Assembly (NCBI GenBank): GCA_965221955.1
Contig: CBDCTA010000028.1
Coordinates: 32,001 to 96,000 of the forward strand
Length of the DNA stretch: 64,000 nucleotides
Direction of reading: 5' to 3'
From: Gammaproteobacteria bacterium
GTDB taxonomy: Bacteria > Pseudomonadota > Gammaproteobacteria > UBA4575
Of this stretch, positions 8,598 through 18,601 are shown piece by piece (the first letter of the stretch is position 1; every line of letters starts with the position of its first letter). A program made the position numbers and the translations under genes. The notes beneath the pieces were generated by a model, which saw only the letters and a program-made list of their open reading frames with translations, had not been told where the DNA came from and made no database searches.

Positions 8598-8652
8598 AAT
8601 CGGTTGCATCATCCTTGATGGACATCATATTCGCACATCCATGCGCTCACAC
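8598..8652 (-). repeat. right inverted repeat
   Basis: Reverse complement GTGTGAGCGCATGGATGTGCGAATATGATGTCCATCAAGGATGATGCAACCGATT matches the left copy. Confidence 0.75.
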
Positions 8653-8672
8653 ATTTGGGTCGCATGCAGGAA

Positions 8673-9413
8673 TCACAAATTCGCAACTACAGAACTCAAT
8701 ATTGTTTTCACTAAAGCCATTCCCTTTTCTATTGCTTGCTCAATTTCTTCCATAGTAATTTCTTGATTGGTTTTACCTGCAGCCCAATTAACGCATAATG
8801 CGCAACACGCATAATGCAAACCTAGTTCTTTCGCTAACGCCGCTTCTGGCATCCCTGTCATACCGACAATGTCGCAGCCATCTTTTTCCATGCGATTAAT
8901 TTCTGATGCAGTTTCCAGCCGTGGACCTTGAGTGGCACCGTAAACACCACTTTGGTGTACATCGATATTTGAATGGGTCGCAGCATTTAATAGCTTTTTT
9001 CTAAGTGCTTCATTATAAGGATTTGTAAAATCAATATGGGTAACTTCAGATAAGTCGTCTTCGAAAAAAGTATGCTGTCGACCATACGTGTAATCGATAA
9101 TTTGGTCTGGAATGATAATTTTCTCTGGTGGAATGTCTTTATGTATCCCCCCTACTGCTGCCACTCCTATCACATCAGCCACTCCTAAACTTTTTAATGC
9201 CCAGATATTTGCACGGTAATTAATTTTATGTGGAGGAATAGTGTGATCATTCCCATGTCTCGCTAGAAAAACGACTTCATTTCCAGAAAGTTCTCCACTA
9301 ACGAGTGGCGCGCTCACTTCACCATATGGCGTCTCAATCGAATGAGTTTCGGTAATTGAAAGCTCATTGATGGCAGTAAGCCCTGTCCCTCCAATGATGG
9401 CAAGTTTTGTCAT
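8673..9413 (-). CDS. mtnP: S-methyl-5'-thioinosine/MTA phosphorylase
   Basis: IIGGTG, RHG, HKINYRANIWAL, QGPRLET, GMTGMPE, VNWAAG. Confidence 0.9.
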   Translation of the reverse strand: MTKLAIIGGTGLTAINELSITETHSIETPYGEVSAPLVSGELSGNEVVFLARHGNDHTIPPHKINYRANIWALKSLGVADVIGVAAVGGIHKDIPPEKIIIPDQIIDYTYGRQHTFFEDDLSEVTHIDFTNPYNEALRKKLLNAATHSNIDVHQSGVYGATQGPRLETASEINRMEKDGCDIVGMTGMPEAALAKELGLHYACCALCVNWAAGKTNQEITMEEIEQAIEKGMALVKTILSSVVANL

Positions 9414-9429
9414 TACTTATGGCTCTTTA

Positions 9430-9990
9430 TCAATCACTCTTAGCAATCGCGTAAATTGAAGACTGATTACGCAAATAACCTTTGTAATCCATCCCCCAAC
9501 CAAACACATAGCGATCTGTTACTTCCAACCCTAAAAAATCAGGCACCACGTTAACAGGTGTATTGGATAATTTTTTCTTTAGCAGTACAGCAGACAATAC
9601 ACGCTTCGCACCCTTTGCCTGACAATAGGCAATTAATTCTTGCAAGGTATATCCTTCGTCTAAAATATCATCAACGAGAACAACAATACGACCATCTAAT
9701 GATGTATCAGGTTCTTTATGCCAGTGGATACTACTGCCTTGAGTTTTATTACGATATCGATCGACGTGCACATAATCCAAAACCATAGGTGATTGAATAC
9801 GCTGCATTAATGCAGCGGTAAACATAAGCCCACCTTTCATTACGCACAATAAAATAGGCACTTCCCCATTGATCGTTGATTCAATTTGTTTCGCCACTAA
9901 ATCGATAGCGTTATTTATTTCTTGCTCAGAAACTAATACATCCGCATCGTCGCGAACTTGATTGACTTGTTGATGAGACAGATCTTCCAT
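9430..9990 (-). CDS. hpt: hypoxanthine-guanine phosphoribosyltransferase
   Basis: VVLVDDILDEGYTL PRPP loop, YVFGWGMDY. Confidence 0.9.
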   Translation of the reverse strand: MEDLSHQQVNQVRDDADVLVSEQEINNAIDLVAKQIESTINGEVPILLCVMKGGLMFTAALMQRIQSPMVLDYVHVDRYRNKTQGSSIHWHKEPDTSLDGRIVVLVDDILDEGYTLQELIAYCQAKGAKRVLSAVLLKKKLSNTPVNVVPDFLGLEVTDRYVFGWGMDYKGYLRNQSSIYAIAKSD

Positions 9991-10003
9991 GAGCTACTTT
10001 TGA

Positions 10004-11122
10004 TCAATGATTGGCTTTTGTTAACACGCTGGTATCATTGTTTTCAATTTGAAGTACACGTGTAGGGAAAGCAATCTCTGCGTTATTTCTCTGAATAATA
10101 TCTGAAACCTTTAACAATACATCATGCTTAACTTCATGGAATTTAATCCAGTTCGTTGTTTTCGTAAATGTATAAATAAAGAAGTCAACTGAAGATTCAT
10201 TAAATTCATTAAAGTTGACGATCATTGTTTGATTGGTATCAATTTCTTCATGGTTGACTAACATTTCTTTTACATCGCTTACGATGGCATCCATCACAGC
10301 AATATCATTATATCGAATACCAATTGTTTCATAGATTCTTCTATGAGACATACGCGAAGGGTTCTCAACAATGATGTTCATGAAGATTGAATTGGGAACA
10401 TAAATAGGTCGCTTACTAAAAGTACGAATACGAGTTTGACGCCAACCAATTTCTTCCACAGTACCTTCTAATTTCTTATCAGGAGAACGGATCCAATCAC
10501 CGACTTTAAATGGACGATCTAAATAAATCATAAGCCCACCAAAGAAATTTGAAAGTAAATCTTTAGCAGCGAAACCAACTGCGATACCTCCTATACCTCC
10601 AAATGCCAAGACGCCGGAAATACTAAATCCAAGTGTTTGTAGCATAACAAGTGCAGCCGTTATAAAAATGGATGCGCGCACCAACTTTGCTAATGCATGT
10701 GTTGTGGTTAAGTCAACAGATTTACCTTTTTGGCGTTGCTGATAGACATAGGCTTTTTCAAATTCTTTTACAAAGCGAATTAAAAACCACACCAAAGTAG
10801 CAACAATAGTTACATTCCTTATTGGTTCTATTGCTCGAAAGATTTCTGCATCAGTTTGGCTAGCGACAATATCAGCAGCAAATAAAACACCAATAACCCA
10901 TACTAGAAGGCGGAAAGGTTTGTTCGCCGCTTGGATAAATGCATCGTCCCAGGGGTTAGCAGTATTTTCTGCTCTTGATGCTAATTTTCTTAAAAATAAT
11001 TTAAATGCAAAATTAACTAATAAAACAGCCAATACAATGATGAATACTTCCAACACCCATGGCTTGAAATACATCGCTAAACTTGAATCACCAAATAATT
11101 TTGTAATATCGATATTATTCAT
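10004..11122 (-). CDS. MscS-family mechanosensitive channel
   Basis: GGIAVGFAAKD, RPFKVGDWI, GTVEEIGWR, IAFPT. Confidence 0.92.
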   Translation of the reverse strand: MNNIDITKLFGDSSLAMYFKPWVLEVFIIVLAVLLVNFAFKLFLRKLASRAENTANPWDDAFIQAANKPFRLLVWVIGVLFAADIVASQTDAEIFRAIEPIRNVTIVATLVWFLIRFVKEFEKAYVYQQRQKGKSVDLTTTHALAKLVRASIFITAALVMLQTLGFSISGVLAFGGIGGIAVGFAAKDLLSNFFGGLMIYLDRPFKVGDWIRSPDKKLEGTVEEIGWRQTRIRTFSKRPIYVPNSIFMNIIVENPSRMSHRRIYETIGIRYNDIAVMDAIVSDVKEMLVNHEEIDTNQTMIVNFNEFNESSVDFFIYTFTKTTNWIKFHEVKHDVLLKVSDIIQRNNAEIAFPTRVLQIENNDTSVLTKANH

Positions 11123-11131
11123 TTTTTATTT

Positions 11132-12193
11132 TTATAGTGTGAGCTCACCGTAAGGTGAATCTTGATAGGACTCAATTTGTTTCACAGCATCTTGCCATTG
11201 TTTTGAATCTCGCAACGCGTGATATGAAATAGGTTCCTTACCCCCATGCATACGTGTTAAGCGCATTTGCGAGGCAGGATTGTTATAGTTTTTGAGTTGT
11301 TCTGCAACTAAGCAAGCATTTTCACTAGAATTACAAATTAGCGCCATATCGCAGCCAGCATTTAAGGCTTTTTGAGTGCGCAAAAGATAGTCCTCATTGT
11401 CATTCTCATTACAATGAGCTGCTTTCATGCTTAAATCATCACTAAAGATTACACCTTTGAACTCCATTTGTTTGCGCAAGATATCTTGCAGCCATAATTT
11501 TGAAAAGGTAGCAATTTCTGCATCCACATTTTTATATATTACATGAGCGCTCATCAAACCGGCCAAGCCTTGATTTATCATGCGTTGAAAAGGTATCAGG
11601 TCTTGCATGGCAATATCTTGAAACGCTCTATCATCAGTGGGTAACTCAATATGCGAATCTGCAACGACCGCCCCATGACCTGGAAAATGTTTCCCCACCG
11701 CTTGCATACCCGCACTTCGCATTCCTTGAATGTATTTCGCCGCTAAAGATGAAACGATTTCAGGATCTTTATGGAATGCACGATCTCCAATCACTTGGCT
11801 TACGCCATAATTTAAATCCAATATCGGAGCAAAACTAAAATCAACACCGATAGCTCTCAGCTCTGCCGCCATTAACCACCCCGTGGTAGAGGCGAGTTGA
11901 TACGCGCGCTTTGGCTCATCATCGTAGATTTCACCTAACCTATTTATAGCAGGAAGTTGTGTGAAGCCTTCTCGCAAACGTTGAACGCGTCCTCCTTCTT
12001 GATCAATTGCCACTAATAATCTCGGATGGCGAATTTCATGAATTTCTTTAATTAAAGCGATGAGCTTTTCAACAGAAGTAAAATTTCGACTGAATAAAAT
12101 TACCCCACCCACTTGCGGAGATGTAAGTAATTCTTGCTCTTTGGCAGAAATGCTATCTGCACAAAGATCAACCATGAGTGGACCTAGTGACAT
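11132..12193 (-). CDS. nagZ: beta-N-acetylhexosaminidase
   Basis: DQEGGRVQR, KHFPGHG, DSH, SDDLSM. Confidence 0.95.
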   Translation of the reverse strand: MSLGPLMVDLCADSISAKEQELLTSPQVGGVILFSRNFTSVEKLIALIKEIHEIRHPRLLVAIDQEGGRVQRLREGFTQLPAINRLGEIYDDEPKRAYQLASTTGWLMAAELRAIGVDFSFAPILDLNYGVSQVIGDRAFHKDPEIVSSLAAKYIQGMRSAGMQAVGKHFPGHGAVVADSHIELPTDDRAFQDIAMQDLIPFQRMINQGLAGLMSAHVIYKNVDAEIATFSKLWLQDILRKQMEFKGVIFSDDLSMKAAHCNENDNEDYLLRTQKALNAGCDMALICNSSENACLVAEQLKNYNNPASQMRLTRMHGGKEPISYHALRDSKQWQDAVKQIESYQDSPYGELTL

Positions 12194-12235
12194 AGTGAAG
12201 TGATTATATGAGTATTCTGCTATTTTATTTCAGAC

Positions 12236-12264
12236 AAAAAAAAGGCCGCCAATATAGGGCGGCC
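12236..12264 (-). terminator. Rho-independent terminator
   Basis: GGCCGCC-CTATATT-GGCGGCC followed by T8 on minus strand. Confidence 0.8.
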
Positions 12265-12332
12265 GAATCCAGGAGGAGTCGAGAATAACAACATGTCAAA
12301 TAGAGGATATTTGTATCATGTTGAGAGGCTCG
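12236..12332 (-). ncRNA. predicted sigma54-dependent small RNA (~97 nt)
   Basis: Bounded by a sigma54 promoter and an intrinsic terminator; 5' hairpin with UCCUC loop; CUCCUCC motif. Confidence 0.55.
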
Positions 12333-12341
12333 TATATTAAT

Positions 12342-12359
12342 AAGCATAATTGATGCCAA
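12342..12359 (-). promoter_or_regulatory. sigma54 promoter
   Basis: Minus strand TTGGCATCAATTATGCTT, GG-N10-GC. Confidence 0.7.
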
Positions 12360-12676
12360 TATTTACAATTCCTTTATTTTCAGCCACTTATTAAAAGTAA
12401 GACGTAAAATTGTCGGTAATAACCCTATGATTTACGACAATTTTGGGCACTTTTGTGACAATTTATCGCATAAAAATTGCCCAAGTACTCTGATTCATAT
12501 AGGTTTTTGAAGTTTTATCATTACCAAAAAGCTTAAATTTTAAGCAAAAATTGGGATTTATTTAGAGATTCCGGCCTAAAGCGGGCTTTTCTATTTATAC
12601 TGATTGATTGAGCATTTGTTTTTGTATCTATGTACACCATAGATATTCGAGCACATAAAAATAATAACTTTGACCA

Positions 12677-13777
12677 ATGATTGAATCCGTATACCAAGCC
12701 CTGTTGGACAGTAATGAGTTGGTCGAAGACCCTAACCAAAAAAGTGTGATTCAAGCATTACAGATTCTTCATGATGAGCTAAGTGCCGACAACTCAGAAG
12801 ACTCCACCATTATCGATCGCTTTACGACATTTTTATCGCGAAAATCCAATACACGCAGCATCCAAGGTCTTTATATATGGGGCGGCGTAGGACGTGGCAA
12901 AACATTCTTAATGGATCTGTTTTTTTCTAATCTACACTTTCAAGACAAATTACGCTTACACTTTCATCGTTTTATGGATCAAGCCCATAAAATGCTAAAG
13001 AACCATCGCGACAAACCTGATCCACTTAAACTTGTTGCGAAAGAGTTTTCTGAGAAAGCCAAAGTTTTATGCTTTGACGAGTTTTTTGTGAACGATATTG
13101 GCGATGCTATGATTCTTGCAGGTTTGCTCGAAGGCTTATTTGAAAATAATGTGGCACTCATCGCGACTTCCAACGTAGAACCAAGCTTACTTTATAAAGA
13201 CGGCTTACAGCGTGAACGATTTCTACCAACCATTGATTTACTTCAAAAACATACAAAAGTGATTCATTTAGAAGGTGAAACTGATCATCGATTTGAATTT
13301 TTACAGAGTAATGACGTTTATAACTCCCCTATTGATGATAATTCACGAGATTGGCTAAAGCATAGTTTTCTTAACCTTGCGAACGAGCGGGTTGAACAGT
13401 CTTGGGAAAAAATTAAAATTAATGACCGTGAGATACAGACTATTCAACACACAGACACCGTAGCTTGGTTTGATTTTAAAGAAATCTGCGATGGACCACG
13501 CAGTAGTGCCGATTACATTGCTATTGCCAAGCAATTCAACACAGTTCTGATATCACATGTACCTATTCTAGAAGGTAAAGATGATCAAGCCAGAAGATTC
13601 ATTACTATGGTAGATGAATTTTATGATCGAAATGTAAAACTCATTTTGTCAGCAGAAGCTGCACCAGATAAACTATATGCCGGTTCGCGCTTAAATGCTG
13701 AATTTGAACGAACCACAAGTCGGCTCACAGAAATGCAGTCACATGAATATTTAGAAAAACAACATCATCCAGATTAA
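12677..13777 (+). CDS. zapE: cell division ATPase ZapE (AFG1 family)
   Basis: WGGVGRGKT, CFDEF, TSN, ARRFITMVDEFYD, FERTTSRLTEMQS. Confidence 0.93.
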   Translation: MIESVYQALLDSNELVEDPNQKSVIQALQILHDELSADNSEDSTIIDRFTTFLSRKSNTRSIQGLYIWGGVGRGKTFLMDLFFSNLHFQDKLRLHFHRFMDQAHKMLKNHRDKPDPLKLVAKEFSEKAKVLCFDEFFVNDIGDAMILAGLLEGLFENNVALIATSNVEPSLLYKDGLQRERFLPTIDLLQKHTKVIHLEGETDHRFEFLQSNDVYNSPIDDNSRDWLKHSFLNLANERVEQSWEKIKINDREIQTIQHTDTVAWFDFKEICDGPRSSADYIAIAKQFNTVLISHVPILEGKDDQARRFITMVDEFYDRNVKLILSAEAAPDKLYAGSRLNAEFERTTSRLTEMQSHEYLEKQHHPD

Positions 13778-13798
13778 TTACACTTATCTTAAAGGAGA

Positions 13799-14779
13799 AT
13801 GAGTAAGATGAAATCCGCTGTAAGAGTTGCCATCACAGGCGCCGCAGGAAATATTGGCTATGCTGCTGCATTTAGAATTGCTGCTGGCAATATGCTTGGC
13901 ACAGATCAGCCCGTAATTTTACAACTGATCGAAATTCCACCTGCACTCGATGCGTTAAAAGGCGTGGAAATGGAATTGCGTGATTGTGCCTTTCCACTTC
14001 TTGAAGACATTATATGCACTGCAGATGTAAACCAAGGGTTTGGAGATGTAGATTATGTTTTATCTATTGGTTCTAAACCACGCACCAAAGGCATGGAAAG
14101 AGCGGATTTGCTAAGCGAAAATGGAAAAATATTTGGTCCACAAGGAAAAGCGATTAACGACAATGCTTCTAAAGATGTAAAAGTATTAGTCGTAGGTAAT
14201 CCAGCAAACACAAACGCGTTGATCGCATGTAACAACGCTCCTGACTTAGACCCTTCACAATTTACTTCTATGATGCGGCTTGACCATAATCGCGCTATTA
14301 GCCAACTTGCGTCTAAAACAGGTGCTTCAGTTACCAAAATTAATCAAATGGTGGTGTGGGGAAATCACTCACTTACCCAATATCCAGACATCAGTCATTG
14401 CACGGTAGATGGCAAAGAAGCTAAATCTTTAGTTGATGATGCTTGGTACAAAGATGAATTCATGCCAAGAGTACAAAAACGTGGCGCAGAGATTATTGAA
14501 GCTCGCGGTGCATCTTCTGCAGCTTCAGCTGCATCTGCTGCAATCGACCACATACGAGATTGGGTAGCTGGTACCAATGATTGGGTCAGCATGGGCATGA
14601 TCTCAAAAGGTGATTACGGTATATCTGAAGGACTCATGTATTCTTTCCCTGTGGTTTGTGAAAATGGAAACTATGAAGTCGTACAAGGCTTAAACCAAGA
14701 TGACTTTAGTGTTGAAATGATGAAAGCTACTGAGAAAGAATTACTTGAAGAAAGAGAGGCTGTAAAAGATCTACTTTAA
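13799..14779 (+). CDS. mdh: malate dehydrogenase
   Basis: [37 protein letters not shown]. Confidence 0.96.
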   Translation: MSKMKSAVRVAITGAAGNIGYAAAFRIAAGNMLGTDQPVILQLIEIPPALDALKGVEMELRDCAFPLLEDIICTADVNQGFGDVDYVLSIGSKPRTKGMERADLLSENGKIFGPQGKAINDNASKDVKVLVVGNPANTNALIACNNAPDLDPSQFTSMMRLDHNRAISQLASKTGASVTKINQMVVWGNHSLTQYPDISHCTVDGKEAKSLVDDAWYKDEFMPRVQKRGAEIIEARGASSAASAASAAIDHIRDWVAGTNDWVSMGMISKGDYGISEGLMYSFPVVCENGNYEVVQGLNQDDFSVEMMKATEKELLEEREAVKDLL

Positions 14780-14792
14780 TTTTTTTATTATA

Positions 14793-15384
14793 GTGAATAA
14801 AAGGTTAGCCACAAAACTAAAAGAGCTTGTTGACCTAGATTTTAAGACTAGAGAAAAGTCACGTAAGAATAATCAACTGAACAGCAACTACCCGCAAGAA
14901 ATGCAAATTGTGCATACAAATAATGCACATACGCTTAATAACATTATTGAAAAACATGACTGGCAGGTATTTCATTAGTTGGAGAAGAAAGTGCAAAATT
15001 CGCATGTATACTCACGCAGCATGCAATTTGCACCCCCACCAACTTCAAAGAAAGTTTTTAAAGTATTCATCGAATGCCGTAGATAAAGATAACGCGCCTA
15101 AGCAACAGTTGGCATACTTAAGTGATCGCATTCGTTTTAACGAAGATAAACCACAACTTTATAGAACAGTGTTAGATTGGAATAAGGAAGACGAACTCTC
15201 TTATAAATTGGAAGATCCAATAAATGTAGATGTCCGCAGAAACAAAATGGACTAGCCGCCATTTCAGAAAACTTTAGAACAACATCGAAAAGAAGTTAAA
15301 GCGGAAGGTGATCGCCCTCCTTATAATTGTATTGAATACAAACAAGCAGCAAAGGATTGGGCTAAAAGTGTTGGCTGGTGTTAA
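14793..15384 (+). pseudogene. disrupted DUF6624-like gene
   Basis: Fragments across frames (LNNIIEKHDW / GISLVGEE / QHA / AYLSDRIRFNEDKPQLY / VDVRR); TAG at 15253-15255, then reading continues to TAA 15384. Confidence 0.65.
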
Positions 15385-15429
15385 AAATAATTGTACCTCA
15401 AGAATTTATCGCACCAGCAGCCATAAACA

Positions 15430-16191
15430 CTAAAACCTTATTTCTCTCTTTATCAACATGGGTTGATAGCCAAATATTGCACTCAGGTGATGAATAAAAG
15501 CATGTTGTCCTTCGTTTCTATATTTGTTTGTTACGTTGGTATTGACTTGTCTATACTCTTTCAATAAAAAATTAATATCATCAGATGTTTGGGGAGAATT
15601 TTGCATATCTGCAATGATTAGACCAAGCCAAAGCGAACTCACGCCCATAATATACGAAGGCCAATACTTTTGTATTTCTGGAGACCAATGTGAATCACTG
15701 GTTGCATTAATACTTTGATGCTTAGGGTTTTTTGGATTGTTCATATACACTTTATCAATGAGCTTCGCTTTAATTGAATCCTTTAATATTTCATTGTTAT
15801 TTATTGCAGCAAATACAGAGGATGCAATCTCTGGCTTGCTATAAAAAATAAAAGAAAATTTGTGCCCTGAACTATCGCGAACTGCTCTACGATGAAATCG
15901 CCAATATGGAAGACCATCTTCATGTTGGGATAAGACTGGCGCTACAACGGCATGAGCAAGTAGCAAATCCATAGCCCAATTAGGCTCTTCACCCTCTGGC
16001 CAATTCATTATGAACTGACACTTCCACCAGTATGAATCATCAATTACTGCCAAACCCGGCGGAAGGTTATAGGCAGACCCTATTACAACTGAATTCGTTG
16101 GAATGATGGAAGTGGCACAACCATAAATCAACAAAAGGGTTAAAGAAAAAAACAAGCAACGTACAGAGGCTGATTTACCATTAAAACTCAT
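15430..16191 (-). CDS. hypothetical lipoprotein
   Basis: LLIYGC lipobox-like leader; 253 aa. Confidence 0.7.
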   Translation of the reverse strand: MSFNGKSASVRCLFFSLTLLLIYGCATSIIPTNSVVIGSAYNLPPGLAVIDDSYWWKCQFIMNWPEGEEPNWAMDLLLAHAVVAPVLSQHEDGLPYWRFHRRAVRDSSGHKFSFIFYSKPEIASSVFAAINNNEILKDSIKAKLIDKVYMNNPKNPKHQSINATSDSHWSPEIQKYWPSYIMGVSSLWLGLIIADMQNSPQTSDDINFLLKEYRQVNTNVTNKYRNEGQHAFIHHLSAIFGYQPMLIKREIRF

Positions 16192-16227
16192 TTAACGAAC
16201 CTGTAAGATAAAATTTTATTACCGAAT

Positions 16228-16254
16228 AAAAAAGGGCCTTTAGTAGGCCCTTTT
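16228..16254. terminator. Rho-independent terminator
   Basis: AAAAGGGCCT-TTAGT-AGGCCCTTTT. Confidence 0.8.
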
Positions 16255-16280
16255 CAAACAAAACTACTAAAAAATTAATT

Positions 16281-17138
16281 TTATAAACTAACACCTTCCC
16301 ATTCCGTTACAAAGTCATTGATATACTTTGCTACTTCATCTGGACGATCTTCTTGCACCCAATGTCCGGCACGTTCTAAATATTGCACACGAGTTGGGCC
16401 AGAGATTCTTTCTTTTAGTTTTTCAGCAGCCGTGCAAGACATAAAGTTATCTGCCACTCCCCACATTACCATGGTAGGACAAGTAATTTTACTATGATCT
16501 ACATCGGTATCTGAATTCTGTGGGTCTGCAGCAATACGAATTAAGGATTTAAATCCAGTCATACCCGGCCCACGACCCCAGAACTGTAGATAATTTTGTT
16601 TGCAGTTTTTATCAGTAAAGGGTGAACCATCATAACTGCCCATGCGCATCAATGCTGGAAATCCTGCCACTGCCTGCCCTAGCGCCATCTCTAACACCTC
16701 GTCTGGTGCACCATCTAGTGCTGCCAAGGCCTCCACTTCACACACTGGCCATTGGTCGAAGCAAACGGGATTAATTAACACGAGTCGAGAAATATAGTCG
16801 CAATACTTCGTTGCAAATACTTGCGCCACACCGCCGCCATGATCGTGAGCGACTAGTATGACTTTGCCTTTTAAACCTAGGCCTTCAATAACGCCTTTCA
16901 CAGCCTCCGCCTGATTCATGAACGAGTGCTTGAATTTATCTAATGGCATATCGGACTGGCCGTACCCCACCATGTCCATAGCAAGAGTTCGATATTGTGG
17001 GAGCATAGCCTGCACATGTCTCCATAGCCGCGCATTAGTAGGAATACCATGCACCATTAGTAACGTAGTATCTCCACTGCCACTTTCTTCAATATTTATA
17101 TTGATGTCCAAACCATCAACTGTGACTTGCTGCATCAT
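16281..17138 (-). CDS. alpha/beta hydrolase (epoxide hydrolase/dehalogenase-like, Asp nucleophile)
   Basis: HGIPT, GYGQS, AHDHGG, GHWVQED. Confidence 0.85.
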   Translation of the reverse strand: MMQQVTVDGLDININIEESGSGDTTLLMVHGIPTNARLWRHVQAMLPQYRTLAMDMVGYGQSDMPLDKFKHSFMNQAEAVKGVIEGLGLKGKVILVAHDHGGGVAQVFATKYCDYISRLVLINPVCFDQWPVCEVEALAALDGAPDEVLEMALGQAVAGFPALMRMGSYDGSPFTDKNCKQNYLQFWGRGPGMTGFKSLIRIAADPQNSDTDVDHSKITCPTMVMWGVADNFMSCTAAEKLKERISGPTRVQYLERAGHWVQEDRPDEVAKYINDFVTEWEGVSL

Positions 17139-17228
17139 AGTTGCTTCTCCTGTCTTCTTATCATTATTTATAGTTGTAATAAGGCTAATAATAGACCTTT
17201 TACAGAATTATGAACATATCGAGCAGGC

Positions 17229-17258
17229 AAAAAAAACCCGCTTATAAAGCGGGCTTTT
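17229..17258 (-). terminator. Rho-independent terminator after Rrf2 gene
   Basis: CCCGCTT-ATA-AAGCGGG with A8 flank. Confidence 0.75.
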
Positions 17259-17276
17259 CAACAATATTAGCTAATC

Positions 17277-17750
17277 TTAAGCTGCGGTTCGTTTAGGGAA
17301 CATATGACTTCGATTTCCGCCACTTGCTTGTTGCCTCAATGCTTGATACTCAGGTTTTTGAGTAAATTCACCAAGGGAAACATTATCTAGATAGTTGTAG
17401 ATCTTTGCGCTTAGCTCATCCCAAATCTGATGTGTGATACAGCGGTCATCAAATTGCACAGTCAACTCAGAATGCTCTTGCTGAGGCTGTACATTTTCAT
17501 CAATTGCGGTGATGACTTGAGCAACAGAAATTTCATTAGGTGAACGTGAAAGACGATAACCGCCCCCTGGTCCACGTACACCAACAACCAAACCACCTTT
17601 ACGTAATTTGGCAAATAATTGTTCTAAATATGACAAAGAGATCCCTTGGCACTGCGATATATCTGCGAGTGTTACAGGCTTATAGTTATCATTAATTGCT
17701 AAATCCATCATTGCAGTAATTGCATGACGGGCTTTTGTCGAGAGTTTCAT
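17277..17750 (-). CDS. Rrf2-family (IscR-like) regulator
   Basis: ISLSYLEQLFAKLRK, VRGPGGGYRL, CITHQIW. Confidence 0.88.
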   Translation of the reverse strand: MKLSTKARHAITAMMDLAINDNYKPVTLADISQCQGISLSYLEQLFAKLRKGGLVVGVRGPGGGYRLSRSPNEISVAQVITAIDENVQPQQEHSELTVQFDDRCITHQIWDELSAKIYNYLDNVSLGEFTQKPEYQALRQQASGGNRSHMFPKRTAA

Positions 17751-17921
17751 AATCTTTCACCTTCTACCTTGAATGGCAAAAATTTGGTTTAGCCTTCCAA
17801 AAACACTAATCTTGCGGTTATTTTAACACCAACTAGTGTATTGAAAATGTCGACTGAGCCAAATTCTAGGAATTATTCTTATTCTTATATATCAACAAGT
17901 TACAAGATATAGGTAACTTGT

Positions 17922-18467
17922 TCACTCAATTATGGTACTGGAAGTGGCAGCGCCCTGCAACGGAATTTCCACATTTTTAGTAATAAGTTGATTTTTGGCC
18001 TGCTTAGCTCCGACATGAAAACTATGTCCCTGGCGGTCACAGAAGGCGAGCCATTTGAATAAAAAGCGATTCATTCTCCATCGCTTGAGTAAGGATGGGT
18101 CATGCGCGTGATTAAAGGCATGAAAATCAGGCTCTCGCCGCCTGTAAGCTTGGCTCATGACCTCTGCTTGCAAGGCATCATAATAAATCCTGATTTTAAG
18201 GTTTGGATAGGCTAGAAACCGTTCATTTACATCAGAGAAATAGTAAGTCAGCGCGATGGTAGAGGTATATTTAGTCTGATCAAGGACCTGAAGATATAAA
18301 TCCATACCTTGAGCAATTCTCGACACAGCAACAGCGGGTATATCGTTTTTATCGCCAAGCAATTTGCGTAAGCGAATGTAATTACCCTCGTACATCTCCA
18401 TTAACCCTGCAAATGAACTAGGCAAAGGCGTTGCGAGTATACGTCCTTGTTGAAGGGTCTGTATCAT
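17922..18467 (-). CDS. DUF1249-family protein
   Basis: MYEGNYIRL, IRIYYDA, RWRMNRFLFKWL. Confidence 0.75.
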   Translation of the reverse strand: MIQTLQQGRILATPLPSSFAGLMEMYEGNYIRLRKLLGDKNDIPAVAVSRIAQGMDLYLQVLDQTKYTSTIALTYYFSDVNERFLAYPNLKIRIYYDALQAEVMSQAYRRREPDFHAFNHAHDPSLLKRWRMNRFLFKWLAFCDRQGHSFHVGAKQAKNQLITKNVEIPLQGAATSSTIIE

Positions 18468-18601
18468 CTTATTAGTGTGGCATGTGCATCCACTACCTCA
18501 TTTAAAAGTTAATAAAACAATTAAAATACGTTTTAAACAAATTTATATTCGCATAGTTTGAAGTTTCTCACAAAGTTGCAAACGTGTGAAATTGGTTTTA
18601 C

